Source: Thermoplasmata archaeon
GTDB taxonomy: Archaea; Thermoplasmatota; Thermoplasmata; RBG-16-68-12
Direction of reading: 5' to 3'
Length of the DNA: 64,000 bases
Assembly: GCA_036555455.1 (NCBI GenBank)
Contig: DATBLI010000095.1
Span: 84,687-148,686 of the forward strand
Part shown: positions 50,912 to 59,765 of the stretch, piece by piece
How the letters are laid out: the number at the start of each line of letters is the position of its first letter
Position numbering within the stretch: position 1 is the first letter of the stretch
Made by a program: the position numbers and the translations under genes
Notes under the pieces: generated by a model
Databases searched by the model: none
What the model was told of the DNA's origin: nothing
What the model saw: only the letters and a program-made list of their open reading frames with translations

Positions 50912-51343
50912 TCACTTCGCCTCTTCCGTCTTCTTGAGGCGCGTCGCCCAGAGATCCTCGGGCACGTCGTCGTAGATCGTCTGTCCGGCCTCGGCCTCTT
51001 CCTTCGCGCGCTGGGCCTCGACGAGCTCCATGATCCGGTCCTTCCGGAACATCCAGTAGTGGATCCGCCACTCCCGGCCGTCGTACAGGGTCGTCTCCTC
51101 CCGTTCCGTCGTGAGGATCCCGGAGTCCTCGAGCATGTAGAAGGCATCCCGGTCCTCGGGCTCGAGGACGTTGTCGATGATCCGCTCGGAGTAGCCGAAG
51201 AAGTTGAGGACGTGTTGGGCCATCGCCCGGGCCTCTTCCTCCTTCATGCCCGTGCGATCGATGGAGTTCTTGATCGCCCGGGTGAGGTCATCCACGGTGA
51301 GGGTCCCCGCAGGCCCCCGCTCGGGCCTGGCCTTCACGGACAT
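50912..51343 (-). CDS. conserved-looking hypothetical protein, possible winged-helix
   Basis: 'AFYMLEDSGILTTEREETTLYDGREWRIHYWMF' looks like a helix plus beta-hairpin wing. Acidic/K-rich C-terminus. Head-to-head with KaiC-like 3. Confidence 0.55.
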   Translation of the reverse strand: MSVKARPERGPAGTLTVDDLTRAIKNSIDRTGMKEEEARAMAQHVLNFFGYSERIIDNVLEPEDRDAFYMLEDSGILTTEREETTLYDGREWRIHYWMFRKDRIMELVEAQRAKEEAEAGQTIYDDVPEDLWATRLKKTEEAK

Positions 51344-51448
51344 CGAAAGGGTCGCCTCGGAATTGGACTATGGGACCCGGGGGCTATATAAGGGTTCTGT
51401 CCGCTCCGTGCGATACTGATTCTCACCTCCTCTCACTTCCGAGAATAC

Positions 51449-52369
51449 ATGGGGAGCGTCCAAAGAGTAATGCAACCCTCCTACCATCTCTGTCCGACGA
51501 TGGTGGAGAGTGGAGGATGGCCCGAGGCTGGCGGGCCGCAGCCGGAGGCGCCGCCCGAGGGCCCTCCCTCCGACGATGAGATCCGCCGGCTGCGGGACGA
51601 AGTCCGAAGGCTGCGGGAGCAGGTCGCGGCCCTCGCCGCCCGGACGCAGGCCGAGGACGTTCGCGTGCCGACGCACATCGCGGGCTTGGACCCCGCCCTC
51701 GAAGGCGGGCTCCCCGGGGGTTCCGTCGTGGGGATCGTGGGCCCGGGCGGTTCGATGAAGACGTCCCTCGCTCTGTACATCCTGACGAAGAACCGCGCCG
51801 CGGGGATGCGGGCCGTCTACGTGACCGTCGAGGAGAGTCGCGACTCGATCCTCCGCACGATGCGGCGCCTCGGCCTCGGAGACCAAGAGGATTTCGTCGT
51901 CGACATCGGAAGGCTTCGCCTCGAGCATGCGGGGGCCGAGGAAATCCGCGACTGGGTGCGGGTCCTCCAAGATTACCTCGGCCGCCGGCGGGATCGCGAG
52001 GCGATCGGAATCATCGTGATCGACTCGCTCGACGCCCTGGCGGCTCTCTCTCGCCTCTCGGACACGCGTGCGGAGCTGTTCCACTTCTTCCACTTCCTCC
52101 GGTCCACAGGGATGACCGCCCTCGTCGTCGCGGAGCAGGACCCCGCGCGACCCGGCGTGGACCACGAGGTTACGTTCCTCTCGGACGGCATCCTCGAACT
52201 TCGCTTCAGCGGCGTCGGGGAGGGCCGGGTGAGCCTCCTCCTGCGCATCGCGAAGATGCGCCACACGAACCACTCGAGGGACTACTTCATCCTCACGTAC
52301 GGGCCGAAGGGCTTCGTCGTCCAGCCCTACGAGTCCGTTCGGCCGCGGCGCTGGGGCCGGAGGGACTGA
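51449..52369 (+). CDS. KaiC/RecA-like ATPase, copy 3 (P-loop GPGGSMKT) with N-terminal coiled-coil extension
   Basis: 'DDEIRRLRDEVRRLREQVAALAA', then 'HIAGLDPALEGGLPGGSVVGIVGPGGSMKTSLAL', 'VYVTVEES', 'IIVIDSLDAL', 'LLRIAKMRH'. Confidence 0.85.
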   Translation: MGSVQRVMQPSYHLCPTMVESGGWPEAGGPQPEAPPEGPPSDDEIRRLRDEVRRLREQVAALAARTQAEDVRVPTHIAGLDPALEGGLPGGSVVGIVGPGGSMKTSLALYILTKNRAAGMRAVYVTVEESRDSILRTMRRLGLGDQEDFVVDIGRLRLEHAGAEEIRDWVRVLQDYLGRRRDREAIGIIVIDSLDALAALSRLSDTRAELFHFFHFLRSTGMTALVVAEQDPARPGVDHEVTFLSDGILELRFSGVGEGRVSLLLRIAKMRHTNHSRDYFILTYGPKGFVVQPYESVRPRRWGRRD

Positions 52370-52375
52370 GGCGGT

Positions 52376-52780
52376 TCAGAGGTTGCCCTTGATCTTCGCC
52401 CGGTCGATCTTGATCCCCGCAGGCGTCGCCATCAGGAGGTTCTTCCCGATGACCGCGACATCGCCGCCGGCATCGCGCACCGCGGCCTTGAGCTCCGCCG
52501 TGATCCGCTTGAGCGCCAGCTCGTCGCTCGCGAGGCTCGTGTAGTCGAGGAGGAGGATGTTCCCGTTGTACACGTGGGTCGTGAGGTCGTTGATGTCCTC
52601 GTAGCGGTAGACCTCCGCGACCTTCACGAGGTGCTCCACGGGTTCCCCGAGGGCCCCGCCTTCGCCTTCGAAACTCAACTCTCCCAGGTCGATATACGTG
52701 TCCGCCTCGGCAGCGGTGCCGCCTTCGGCGAGGCGCTTGAATGGCTTCTTGATAAACGCCATCCCGAATCCCTTCTGCAT
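52376..52780 (-). CDS. sepF: archaeal cell-division protein SepF
   Basis: 'TYIDLGELSF', 'VKVAEVYRYEDINDLTTHVYNGNILLLDYTSL', 'GGDVAVIGKNLLMATPAGIKIDRAKI' are colinear with archaeal SepF (DUF552). TATA-like 'CCTTTAAATT' (reverse of 52801..52810) lies about 26 nt upstream of ATG 52780. Confidence 0.85.
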   Translation of the reverse strand: MQKGFGMAFIKKPFKRLAEGGTAAEADTYIDLGELSFEGEGGALGEPVEHLVKVAEVYRYEDINDLTTHVYNGNILLLDYTSLASDELALKRITAELKAAVRDAGGDVAVIGKNLLMATPAGIKIDRAKIKGNL

Positions 52781-52845
52781 CGGAACGAATGCGAGACCAC
52801 GAATTTAAAGGTATCGCGTCATCGGAGGCCCGGATTGACAAGATG

Positions 52846-52865
52846 GCTATTCCCATCGGAATAGC
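52846..52865. promoter_or_regulatory. perfect 8-bp inverted repeat (GCTATTCC-catc-GGAATAGC) in the sepF / FNR-like divergent intergenic region
   Basis: Read directly from the sequence at 52846..52853 and 52858..52865. It lies between the two TATA-like boxes (52801..52810 and 52926..52934). Confidence 0.3.
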
Positions 52866-52959
52866 TACATAATAGCCCTGACCCGGAATACCACGCGGGC
52901 CCTCCGGCAACAGCCAGGTCATAACGTTTAAAAGGGTCGCGCCTTTGTCGCCCCACGCG

Positions 52960-53904
52960 ATGGTCTACGACGTCGTCGTCGTAGGAGGCGGCCCCGCCGG
53001 CCTGACGGCCGGGATCTATGCGCGGACGAGGAGCCTGTCGACCCTCATCCTCGAGGCCCAGCAGTTGGGCGGGCAGCTCACGTGGCTCTACCCGACGAAA
53101 TCCGTCTATGACTACCCGAGCTACATCGCGATCGAGGGGGGCGAACTCGGTGAGCTCTTCACCCTCCACGCACGGGAGAGCGGCGCCGAGATGGCACAGG
53201 GGGAGGTCGTGGACGTGACGAGGAACGGATCTTCCTTCACGCTCCGGACACGGGACGGACGGAATTACGAGGCCCGCGCGATTATCCTGGCGATGGGCAT
53301 GGGCCTCTTCGAGCCGAAGCGGCTCGACATCCCGGGCGAGGTCGAGTTCGAGGGCCGCGGGGTGACGTACCACATCAAGGATCGCCACGAGTTCCAAGGC
53401 ACGCGCGTCCTCATCGTGGGGGGCGGGGACAGCGCCCTCGAGCATGCCCTCGAAATCGTCGCGATCGCGAAGGAGGTCACCCTCGTCCATCGCCGCGGCG
53501 AGTTCCGCGCCATGGAGAAGAACGTGGAGGCCGTCCAGAAGACGCCCATCCATGTCGTCTTCAACGCGGAGGTGACGAGCATCGAGGGCGACGAGCGCGT
53601 GCGGAGCGCGGTCGTCTATGACAACCGCACCCTGAAGAAGTCCGTCATCGACGTGGACACGGTCCTGATCAACATCGGCTTCGAGCCGAAGATCACGCCC
53701 CTCCCGAAGTGGGGAATCGCCTTGGAGGGGGAGCGACTCGTCCGGGTCAAGATGGACATGTCCACCTCTGTGCCGGGGGTCTATGCCTGCGGAGACATCG
53801 TGTCGTACCCGGGGAAGGACAAGCGGATCGTGACCGCTTGCGGGGAGGCCGTAACCGCGGTCATGTCCGTGTACAAATACCTCAAGAACCCGTACTGGGC
53901 GTGA
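52960..53904 (+). CDS. thioredoxin-reductase-like ferredoxin/flavodoxin-NADP reductase (no redox CxxC)
   Basis: 'VVVVGGGPAGLTAG', 'VLIVGGGDSALE', 'ACGDIVSYPGK'. The TrxB 'CATC' position reads 'YHIKDRHE'. I prefer ATG 52960 over TTG 52945 because 'GTTTAAAAG' (52926..52934) is centred about 30 nt upstream. Confidence 0.8.
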   Translation: MVYDVVVVGGGPAGLTAGIYARTRSLSTLILEAQQLGGQLTWLYPTKSVYDYPSYIAIEGGELGELFTLHARESGAEMAQGEVVDVTRNGSSFTLRTRDGRNYEARAIILAMGMGLFEPKRLDIPGEVEFEGRGVTYHIKDRHEFQGTRVLIVGGGDSALEHALEIVAIAKEVTLVHRRGEFRAMEKNVEAVQKTPIHVVFNAEVTSIEGDERVRSAVVYDNRTLKKSVIDVDTVLINIGFEPKITPLPKWGIALEGERLVRVKMDMSTSVPGVYACGDIVSYPGKDKRIVTACGEAVTAVMSVYKYLKNPYWA

Positions 53905-53907
53905 GCC

Positions 53908-54405
53908 TTAGGCATCCTCTTCGCCGATGCGCCATACCTCGTCGCCGACGTGGTGAATCGATTCGACGGCCTTCCCCTTCTCCGACCGAACCATCGTGGG
54001 CCCGTCCACGATCGCGCGGCCCACGGCCAACGGCCTCCGATTCTTCTCGTCGCGGACCCATACGAAGTCCCCCGGCTGGATGCCCAAGTCGGCGTCGACG
54101 ATTCCCGGAGCCATGATGTCTGCGCCATTGTACACGTAGGGCACTGCGCCCATGTCGACGGTCACGTGCCTCTTCTGGGCGGGGAACGTGAGGAGACCAT
54201 GGACCGTCGGAACGATTGCCTCGCCGACGATGAGGGCGAGCGCCTGGTTGCCGCGGAAGAGGACGTGCACCTCCCCGGCCTCGGCTTCCTCCATGGGCTC
54301 CTCGTCCGTGGGCACGGCCATCCCGAAGTCGTTGGAGAGCCGCTCGAGCCACATGGACACTTCCTTGCGGCGGAGCCGGGTTCGGCGACGGACCTTGAGG
54401 ACCAT
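53908..54405 (-). CDS. PUA-domain RNA-binding protein (MCT-1/Tma20-like)
   Basis: 'VTVDMGAVPYVYNGADIMAPGIV...GDFVWVRDEKNRRPLAVGRA' is a typical PUA domain. Confidence 0.75.
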   Translation of the reverse strand: MVLKVRRRTRLRRKEVSMWLERLSNDFGMAVPTDEEPMEEAEAGEVHVLFRGNQALALIVGEAIVPTVHGLLTFPAQKRHVTVDMGAVPYVYNGADIMAPGIVDADLGIQPGDFVWVRDEKNRRPLAVGRAIVDGPTMVRSEKGKAVESIHHVGDEVWRIGEEDA

Positions 54406-54482
54406 TGGCGGGCACATGGGGCCGCGGGAGATAACCCTTGGCGGCCCGGGGGGTCACTTCAATCTTCATGCGCGGATAAATA

Positions 54483-56639
54483 TCAGGCGAGTCCCGCCGG
54501 TGCGTTCCGGAGGTGTTGGGCCCGTTCGAAGGCGGGATCGATTTCGAGGGCGCGGGCGAGGAGGTGCAGAGCCCGAGCTTCTTGACCGGACGCGCGACAC
54601 GCAACCGCGGCGTCGCACCAGACGGCCGGGTCGCGGGGGTTGAGGCCGAGGGCTGCATCGAACGCCGCGAGGGCCTCCTTCGCATGACCATGGCCCAAGA
54701 GGAGCTTCCCCTTGCGATGGTAGGCTACGTCCCGCGGGCCTGTGGGCAACCGAGCGGCCGTGTCGCAGGCGGCGACGGCCTCGTCGACACGTCCGAGGGC
54801 CGCGAGGGCGTCCGCCTTCGCGAGGAGGAGATCGCCATCCTCCTTGGCGGCGGTCGCCAGGGTTTGCAGGGCTTCCTCGGGCCGCCCGAGGGCGAGGTCC
54901 GTCGCGGCCAGCTCGCGGCGGGCCGGGTCTCCGGCCCCGAGATCCACGGCCTTCTGCAGGAGGGGGACCGCTTCTCCGGCTCGGCCCGATCGGGCCCGGG
55001 CCCGACCGGCGAGGAACCAGCCCTGCGCGTCCGCAGGGAAGCGCGTGCAGACTTCGTCCGCAGAGGCGACCGCATCAGCGGGCCGGCCCGATCGCAGGAG
55101 GTCTTCCGCGAGGCGCAAGAAAGGCTCCGCCTTTGTGGCGTGGAGCGCCGCCGCCGAATACGCCTCGATCGCCTCCTCGAGGCGTTCGAGCTCGTCGAGG
55201 AATCTCCCCTTCGCGAGCCAGAGCTCTGCGTTCTCGGGCTCGAGCTTGAGCCCCTCCTCGAAGCACTTCAGGGCCTCCCCGTAGCAGCGTTCCGCCTCGA
55301 GGGCGTTCCCCATCTCCTCGAGGATGCGACCGCGGAAGATCCAGGCGTCCTCGTAGCCCGGGTTGAGGATGAGGGCGTTCGTGAGGGCGTCCCGCGCCTC
55401 CTCGAGGCGTTCGAGGTGATGGAGGCACTCCGCCTTCGCCATCCATGCGTGGTCGTAATTCGGATTGAGTTCGAGGCTCTGCGTGAGCAGTTCCAGGCCC
55501 TCGTCATGCCGCCCGAGCTTGTCGAGGCTCTCCCCCTTCGCGTACAGGGCGTAGTCGAAGTCGGGCTTGATTTCGAGGCTCTTGTCGTGGTACTTGATCG
55601 AATCCGCGTGGCGGCCCATCTTGTTGAGGGCATTGCCGATGTTGTTCCACGCGATCTCGTACTTCGGATTCACCTCGAGAGCCTTCTCGAAGTAGGGGAT
55701 CGACTCTCCGTAGCGGCCGAGGTTATACAGGGCATTCCCGAGGTTGTTCCAGAGGACCTCGTCGCCGACGTCGAACTCGAGGGCTTTCTTGTAGCACTCG
55801 ACGGCCTCCTCGAGCCGGTCGATCCCGTGGAGCGTGTAGCCCTTGTTGTACCAGGCCTGCTTGTAGGTCGGATTGATCGCGATCGCACGGTCGTAGCAAC
55901 GCAGGGCCTCGTCGTGGATTCCGAGCATGAAGAACGTGAAGCCTTTGTTGTTCCAGGCCTCCGTGTCGTCAGGGTTCAACGCGAGGACCCTTTCGTACGC
56001 CTCGATGGCTTCCTCGTATTGCTCGACCGCGTAGAGGGCGTCCCCGAGCCCGGCCAATGCGGCCGGGTCCTCCGGCGCGGCCGTTGTCGCGGCACGGAAC
56101 GCCTCCACGGCCTCCGCCGACTTCCCGAGATCGAGGAGGAGAGCGCCTCGGCGCTCCCAGGCGACCGCATTCCGGGACTCCGCCTTCAGCATCTCGTCGT
56201 ACAGGGCGAGGGCTTGTTTCGTGCGACCGAGGCGCGCGAGGATGGCCGCCTTGGCGTACTTCGCGTCCGCGTATTCGCGGTTGATCCCGATCGCGCGGTC
56301 GTACGCAGCGAGGGCGGGGTCCAGGCGATCCGTTTCGGCGTACGCGTTTCCGAGGTTGTACCACGCAACCTCGTAGTCCGTCTTCCGGTCCAAGGCCTTC
56401 GTGTATGCCTTCACAGCGTCCTCGTGGTGGCCGAGGCCGTCGAGGGCCACGCCACGGTTGTTCCAGAGCACGTGGTCTTCGTAGCCGTGGGACAGTGCCG
56501 AATCGTAGGCCTCGAGGGCGGCTTCGAAGCGGTGCTCGTCGCAGAGGCTGTTCCCGCGAAGGAACTCCGCCTCCCCTCGGGCGAGGTCCTTCTCCGGCCG
56601 CGGGGCCGCCGCGATCGCGAGCGCGAGGGCGAGGACCAT
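54483..56639 (-). CDS. large TPR-repeat protein (about 20 repeats), N-terminal hydrophobic segment
   Basis: 'MVLALALAIAAAP', then continuous 34-aa units ('AWYNLGNAY', 'AWNNKGFTF', 'AWYNKGYTL', 'LWNNLGNAL', 'AWNNIGNAL' ...). Start set at the internal ATG 56639 to avoid overlap with egsA. Confidence 0.8.
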   Translation of the reverse strand: MVLALALAIAAAPRPEKDLARGEAEFLRGNSLCDEHRFEAALEAYDSALSHGYEDHVLWNNRGVALDGLGHHEDAVKAYTKALDRKTDYEVAWYNLGNAYAETDRLDPALAAYDRAIGINREYADAKYAKAAILARLGRTKQALALYDEMLKAESRNAVAWERRGALLLDLGKSAEAVEAFRAATTAAPEDPAALAGLGDALYAVEQYEEAIEAYERVLALNPDDTEAWNNKGFTFFMLGIHDEALRCYDRAIAINPTYKQAWYNKGYTLHGIDRLEEAVECYKKALEFDVGDEVLWNNLGNALYNLGRYGESIPYFEKALEVNPKYEIAWNNIGNALNKMGRHADSIKYHDKSLEIKPDFDYALYAKGESLDKLGRHDEGLELLTQSLELNPNYDHAWMAKAECLHHLERLEEARDALTNALILNPGYEDAWIFRGRILEEMGNALEAERCYGEALKCFEEGLKLEPENAELWLAKGRFLDELERLEEAIEAYSAAALHATKAEPFLRLAEDLLRSGRPADAVASADEVCTRFPADAQGWFLAGRARARSGRAGEAVPLLQKAVDLGAGDPARRELAATDLALGRPEEALQTLATAAKEDGDLLLAKADALAALGRVDEAVAACDTAARLPTGPRDVAYHRKGKLLLGHGHAKEALAAFDAALGLNPRDPAVWCDAAVACRASGQEARALHLLARALEIDPAFERAQHLRNAPAGLA

Positions 56640-56812
56640 CCGCGCGTCGAACCGGGCTTGCGGCCATAAAGGTTCCGCGGCCGCGGTCAGGGCTGAGAGC
56701 ACCGTCCCGGCCACAGACGCAGGTTTAAGTCGAGGTACCCCGTTCGGCGTGGTTCGCAGAGGTGAAACGATTGACGACCTTTGACGTGGAGTCCTTCTCC
56801 AAGACGAAAGCG

Positions 56813-57847
56813 ATGGAACTCCCCCGGAGCGTCGTCGTCGGGCATGACGCACTCCTCCAGGTGGGGGAGGTCATCGCATCCCTGAAAATCGGGAAGAAGG
56901 CGCTGATCGTCGCGGACGAGACCACGATGAAGGTCGCGGGACTGACCGTGGCCAAGCAGCTCGGGAAGAGCAAGATTCGCGTGGGGGAGCACCTCATCCG
57001 AGACGCGGCGTGGGAGGATGTCCGTGAGGTCGAGGAGGGAATCCGCAAGGCGGGCTACGACTTCGCCCTCGGCGTCGGCGGCGGCCGGCCCATCGACGTG
57101 GCCAAGTGCGGATCCTTCAACGCGGGCGTGCCGTTCATCAGCGTGCCCACGGCCGCGAGCCACGATGGGGTTGTGTCGTCGCGGGCATCAATCACGAAGG
57201 GCGGGGAAAAGGTCAGCATCGCAGCCCAGACGCCCATTGCCGTAATCATGGACACCGGCGTGATTGCGGAGTCCCCGTTCCGCCTCCTCGCCGCGGGCTG
57301 CGGGGACATCATCTCGAACCTGACCGCAGTGAAGGACTGGGCCCTCGCGCGGAATCTGAGGAACGAGTACTATTCCTCCTACGCGGCCGCCCTGAGCGAG
57401 CTCGCCGCGCGGCTCGTGATCGAGAACGCGAACACGATCAAACCGCGCCTCGAGGAGAGCGCATGGTTCGTGTGCAAGGCCCTCGTCTCGAGCGGCGTCG
57501 CGATGTCAATCGCCGGGTCGTCGCGCCCCGCGAGCGGGAGCGAGCACAAGTTCTCCCACGCCCTCGATCGGATCGCGAAGAAACCCGCGCTCCATGGAGA
57601 GCAGTGCGGCGTCGGGACGATCATGATGATGTACCTCCACGCGGGGCCATGGGAACAGGTGAGGGAGGCGCTCCTCGCAATCGGCGCGCCCACGACGGCA
57701 CGGGCCCTCGGCGTCACGGACGACGAGGTCATCGAGGCCCTCGTCCACGCCCATGAGATCGCGAAGGACCGCTACACGGTCCTGGGCGACACCGGGCTCA
57801 CGCAGGAGGCCGCGGAACGCCTCGCGAAGATCACGAAGGTCGTCTGA
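56813..57847 (+). CDS. egsA: sn-glycerol-1-phosphate dehydrogenase
   Basis: 'MELPRSVVVGHDAL', 'GVGGGRPIDVAK', 'ISVPTAASHDG', 'GSEHKFSHAL', 'HGEQCGVG'. An alternative GTG start lies at 56762. Confidence 0.9.
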   Translation: MELPRSVVVGHDALLQVGEVIASLKIGKKALIVADETTMKVAGLTVAKQLGKSKIRVGEHLIRDAAWEDVREVEEGIRKAGYDFALGVGGGRPIDVAKCGSFNAGVPFISVPTAASHDGVVSSRASITKGGEKVSIAAQTPIAVIMDTGVIAESPFRLLAAGCGDIISNLTAVKDWALARNLRNEYYSSYAAALSELAARLVIENANTIKPRLEESAWFVCKALVSSGVAMSIAGSSRPASGSEHKFSHALDRIAKKPALHGEQCGVGTIMMMYLHAGPWEQVREALLAIGAPTTARALGVTDDEVIEALVHAHEIAKDRYTVLGDTGLTQEAAERLAKITKVV

Positions 57848-57896
57848 ACGCCGTCACGCCCGAATCGCGAAAGAGAGGGCGAGGGACGCGGGGTTT

Positions 57897-58655
57897 CTAG
57901 CTGTCGTCGACGCCATCGAAGAGGACTCCGAAGCGGTCCAACGACATCACGATCTCGCGCGCGATGGAACCGGCGTCAATCGCGAGATCGTACCGATGGA
58001 AGTAGGCATCGAGGGCCGCCAGACCACGGGCGAGAGCATCCCGAGCCTGCTCGAGGCGGATCCATGGGATGCCGCCCGTGCGATCGACCCGGAGGGCCTC
58101 AGAGAGATCGATGAACCACACCTCCCCGTCGTGGACGAGGATGTTGTACGCGCTGAGGTCTCCGTGGACGACCCCTGCCCGGGCGAGGGCCATGACACCG
58201 GCAATGACTTTCTCCAGGAATCCCGCAGGGTCGTCGAGGACGACGTCCTTCAGCCGAGGCGCCGGGCCGTCGTCATTGCCGAGGTACCGCATCGAGAACA
58301 TGTTCTCGACGCGCCGCGCAGGGGTGGGCACGCGCGCGCCACCCTTCCACGCCTGGTGGGTCATCTCGAATTCGTGGGCCGCGAGCCAGCCCATCGTGTC
58401 GGCCTTGATCGGCCGCCCGCCTCGGTGGGACGTGCGGTAGAGGCGGTAGACCTTGACCGCGAGGGGAGCGCCGCGGTAGCGGCCGAGGTACACGTCCGCT
58501 TCCTTGCCTGCGCTGATGAGGCCCACGACCTCCGTCGCGAGTCCCGCGGAGAGGATGGCCTCCGTGGTCGAGCGGTACCCGGCCTCGTGGAGGTCCAGGG
58601 TCCCCGCCTTGATTCGCCACCGGACGCTCTCGTCCAGGTAGGGTTCGTTGGGCAT
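57897..58655 (-). CDS. rio1: RIO-type serine/threonine protein kinase (Rio1-like, no N-terminal wHTH)
   Basis: 'ISAGKEADVYLG', 'LAVKVYR', 'VHGDLSAYNILV', 'WFIDLSEA'. Start at the internal ATG 58655. Confidence 0.85.
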   Translation of the reverse strand: MPNEPYLDESVRWRIKAGTLDLHEAGYRSTTEAILSAGLATEVVGLISAGKEADVYLGRYRGAPLAVKVYRLYRTSHRGGRPIKADTMGWLAAHEFEMTHQAWKGGARVPTPARRVENMFSMRYLGNDDGPAPRLKDVVLDDPAGFLEKVIAGVMALARAGVVHGDLSAYNILVHDGEVWFIDLSEALRVDRTGGIPWIRLEQARDALARGLAALDAYFHRYDLAIDAGSIAREIVMSLDRFGVLFDGVDDS

Positions 58656-58915
58656 TCTCGTGCTCTTCGGTTCATCGATGGAAGCGTTCGCAACGCAGGC
58701 ACGCATCGACGCCGGAGAGCCGGACGGAAGATTCAGCGGGTCCCCGGCGCCGCTCGGAAAACCCATTCGGACATCATTGCCGGGAACCTCCTGGCCACAG
58801 GGCCGAGCGAGCCGATATGGGCACCCCTAGATGAAGGTGCCGACATGACACCGCGGGCGGAACGAGCTTCGGTGGCCTTAAGTCAGGCCATGCCTTGGGC
58901 TGCTCGGGGAGATGC

Positions 58916-59350
58916 GTGGTCCACGTCACGCTCGTCGGGGAAGGACAGGCGACCGTGGGCCGCGAGTTTGTCTACCGCGGGCCGCAGGCCGAGTGCCGCG
59001 AATGCAAGGTGAAGGCCGCGTGCCTGAACCAGGAAATCGGCGTGCGCTACCGGATCGCGAGCGTGCGGGAGGTCAGCCATCCATGCCTCCTCAACGAGGA
59101 CCGTGCCTGCGTCGTCGAGGTCGAGCCCGCGCCACCGGAGTGCAGCCTCCCGGTGCGCAAGGCGGTCGAGGGTGCGACGGTCACATACGAGGGACTCGTC
59201 TGCTCGAACGCCGCGTGTCCGAACTACCGGACTTGCCATCCCATCGGCATCGAGCCCGGGACGCGCCTCAAGATCCTCGAGGCCGGGAAGGAGCTCGACT
59301 GCCCTCTCGGCTATGAGATTGCCCCCGTCCGCGCCGCGTACATCCCGTGA
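58916..59350 (+). CDS. UPF0179-family archaeal protein (Cys-rich)
   Basis: 'VTLVGEGQATVGREFVYRGPQAECRECKVKAACL', 'YRIASVREVSHPC', 'VVEVE' match my recollection of UPF0179. GTG 58916 is preferred. The ORF track gives TTG 58895. Confidence 0.7.
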   Translation: MVHVTLVGEGQATVGREFVYRGPQAECRECKVKAACLNQEIGVRYRIASVREVSHPCLLNEDRACVVEVEPAPPECSLPVRKAVEGATVTYEGLVCSNAACPNYRTCHPIGIEPGTRLKILEAGKELDCPLGYEIAPVRAAYIP

Positions 59351-59360
59351 AGGCACGGCT

Positions 59361-59765
59361 ATGAAGGAAGCCCTCCCTCGACGGATGACCTTGCACGCGA
59401 TCGAGGCCGCGTGCCTCACCCTCGGCTACCGCGTGGAGCGGGAGACCTTCGACCTTGTGGCCTTCAAGGCCCTCCGCAAGGGTCGCCGCTTCCACATGCG
59501 ACTCGAGACGCACGGCCTGGAGACCGTGCCCCGGGGGTCCGAAATCGATCTCCACTTGGACTTCCTCCGCGAGAGCCGGCCACAGAGGTATCACGGCTCC
59601 GAAGCGGAGTCGGAGGCAATCGCAGGGGAGATGGCGGCGTTCCTCGGGGCCTTGAGCCGCCAAGACCCGGAGCGGGCGCTGCCGCGGGTGCGTTGCCCGG
59701 AGTGCGGCAAGGAGTTCGGCCAAGAGGCGTTCCGAGCCCACCGCGTCGTCGTCCACGGGCGCTAG
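59361..59765 (+). CDS. hypothetical protein with C-terminal C2H2-like zinc finger
   Basis: Internal ATG of ORF 59103..59765. The C-terminus is 'CPECGKEFGQEAFRAHRVVVH'. Confidence 0.55.
   Translation: MKEALPRRMTLHAIEAACLTLGYRVERETFDLVAFKALRKGRRFHMRLETHGLETVPRGSEIDLHLDFLRESRPQRYHGSEAESEAIAGEMAAFLGALSRQDPERALPRVRCPECGKEFGQEAFRAHRVVVHGR

Noticed and set aside
51384-51392. 'CTATATAAG' as the leaderless promoter of KaiC-like copy 3
   Set aside because: It lies about 61 nt from the ATG at 51449 and about 45 nt from the divergent ATG at 51343. Neither gene would then be leaderless. It may serve either gene with a short 5' UTR. This needs transcription start data.
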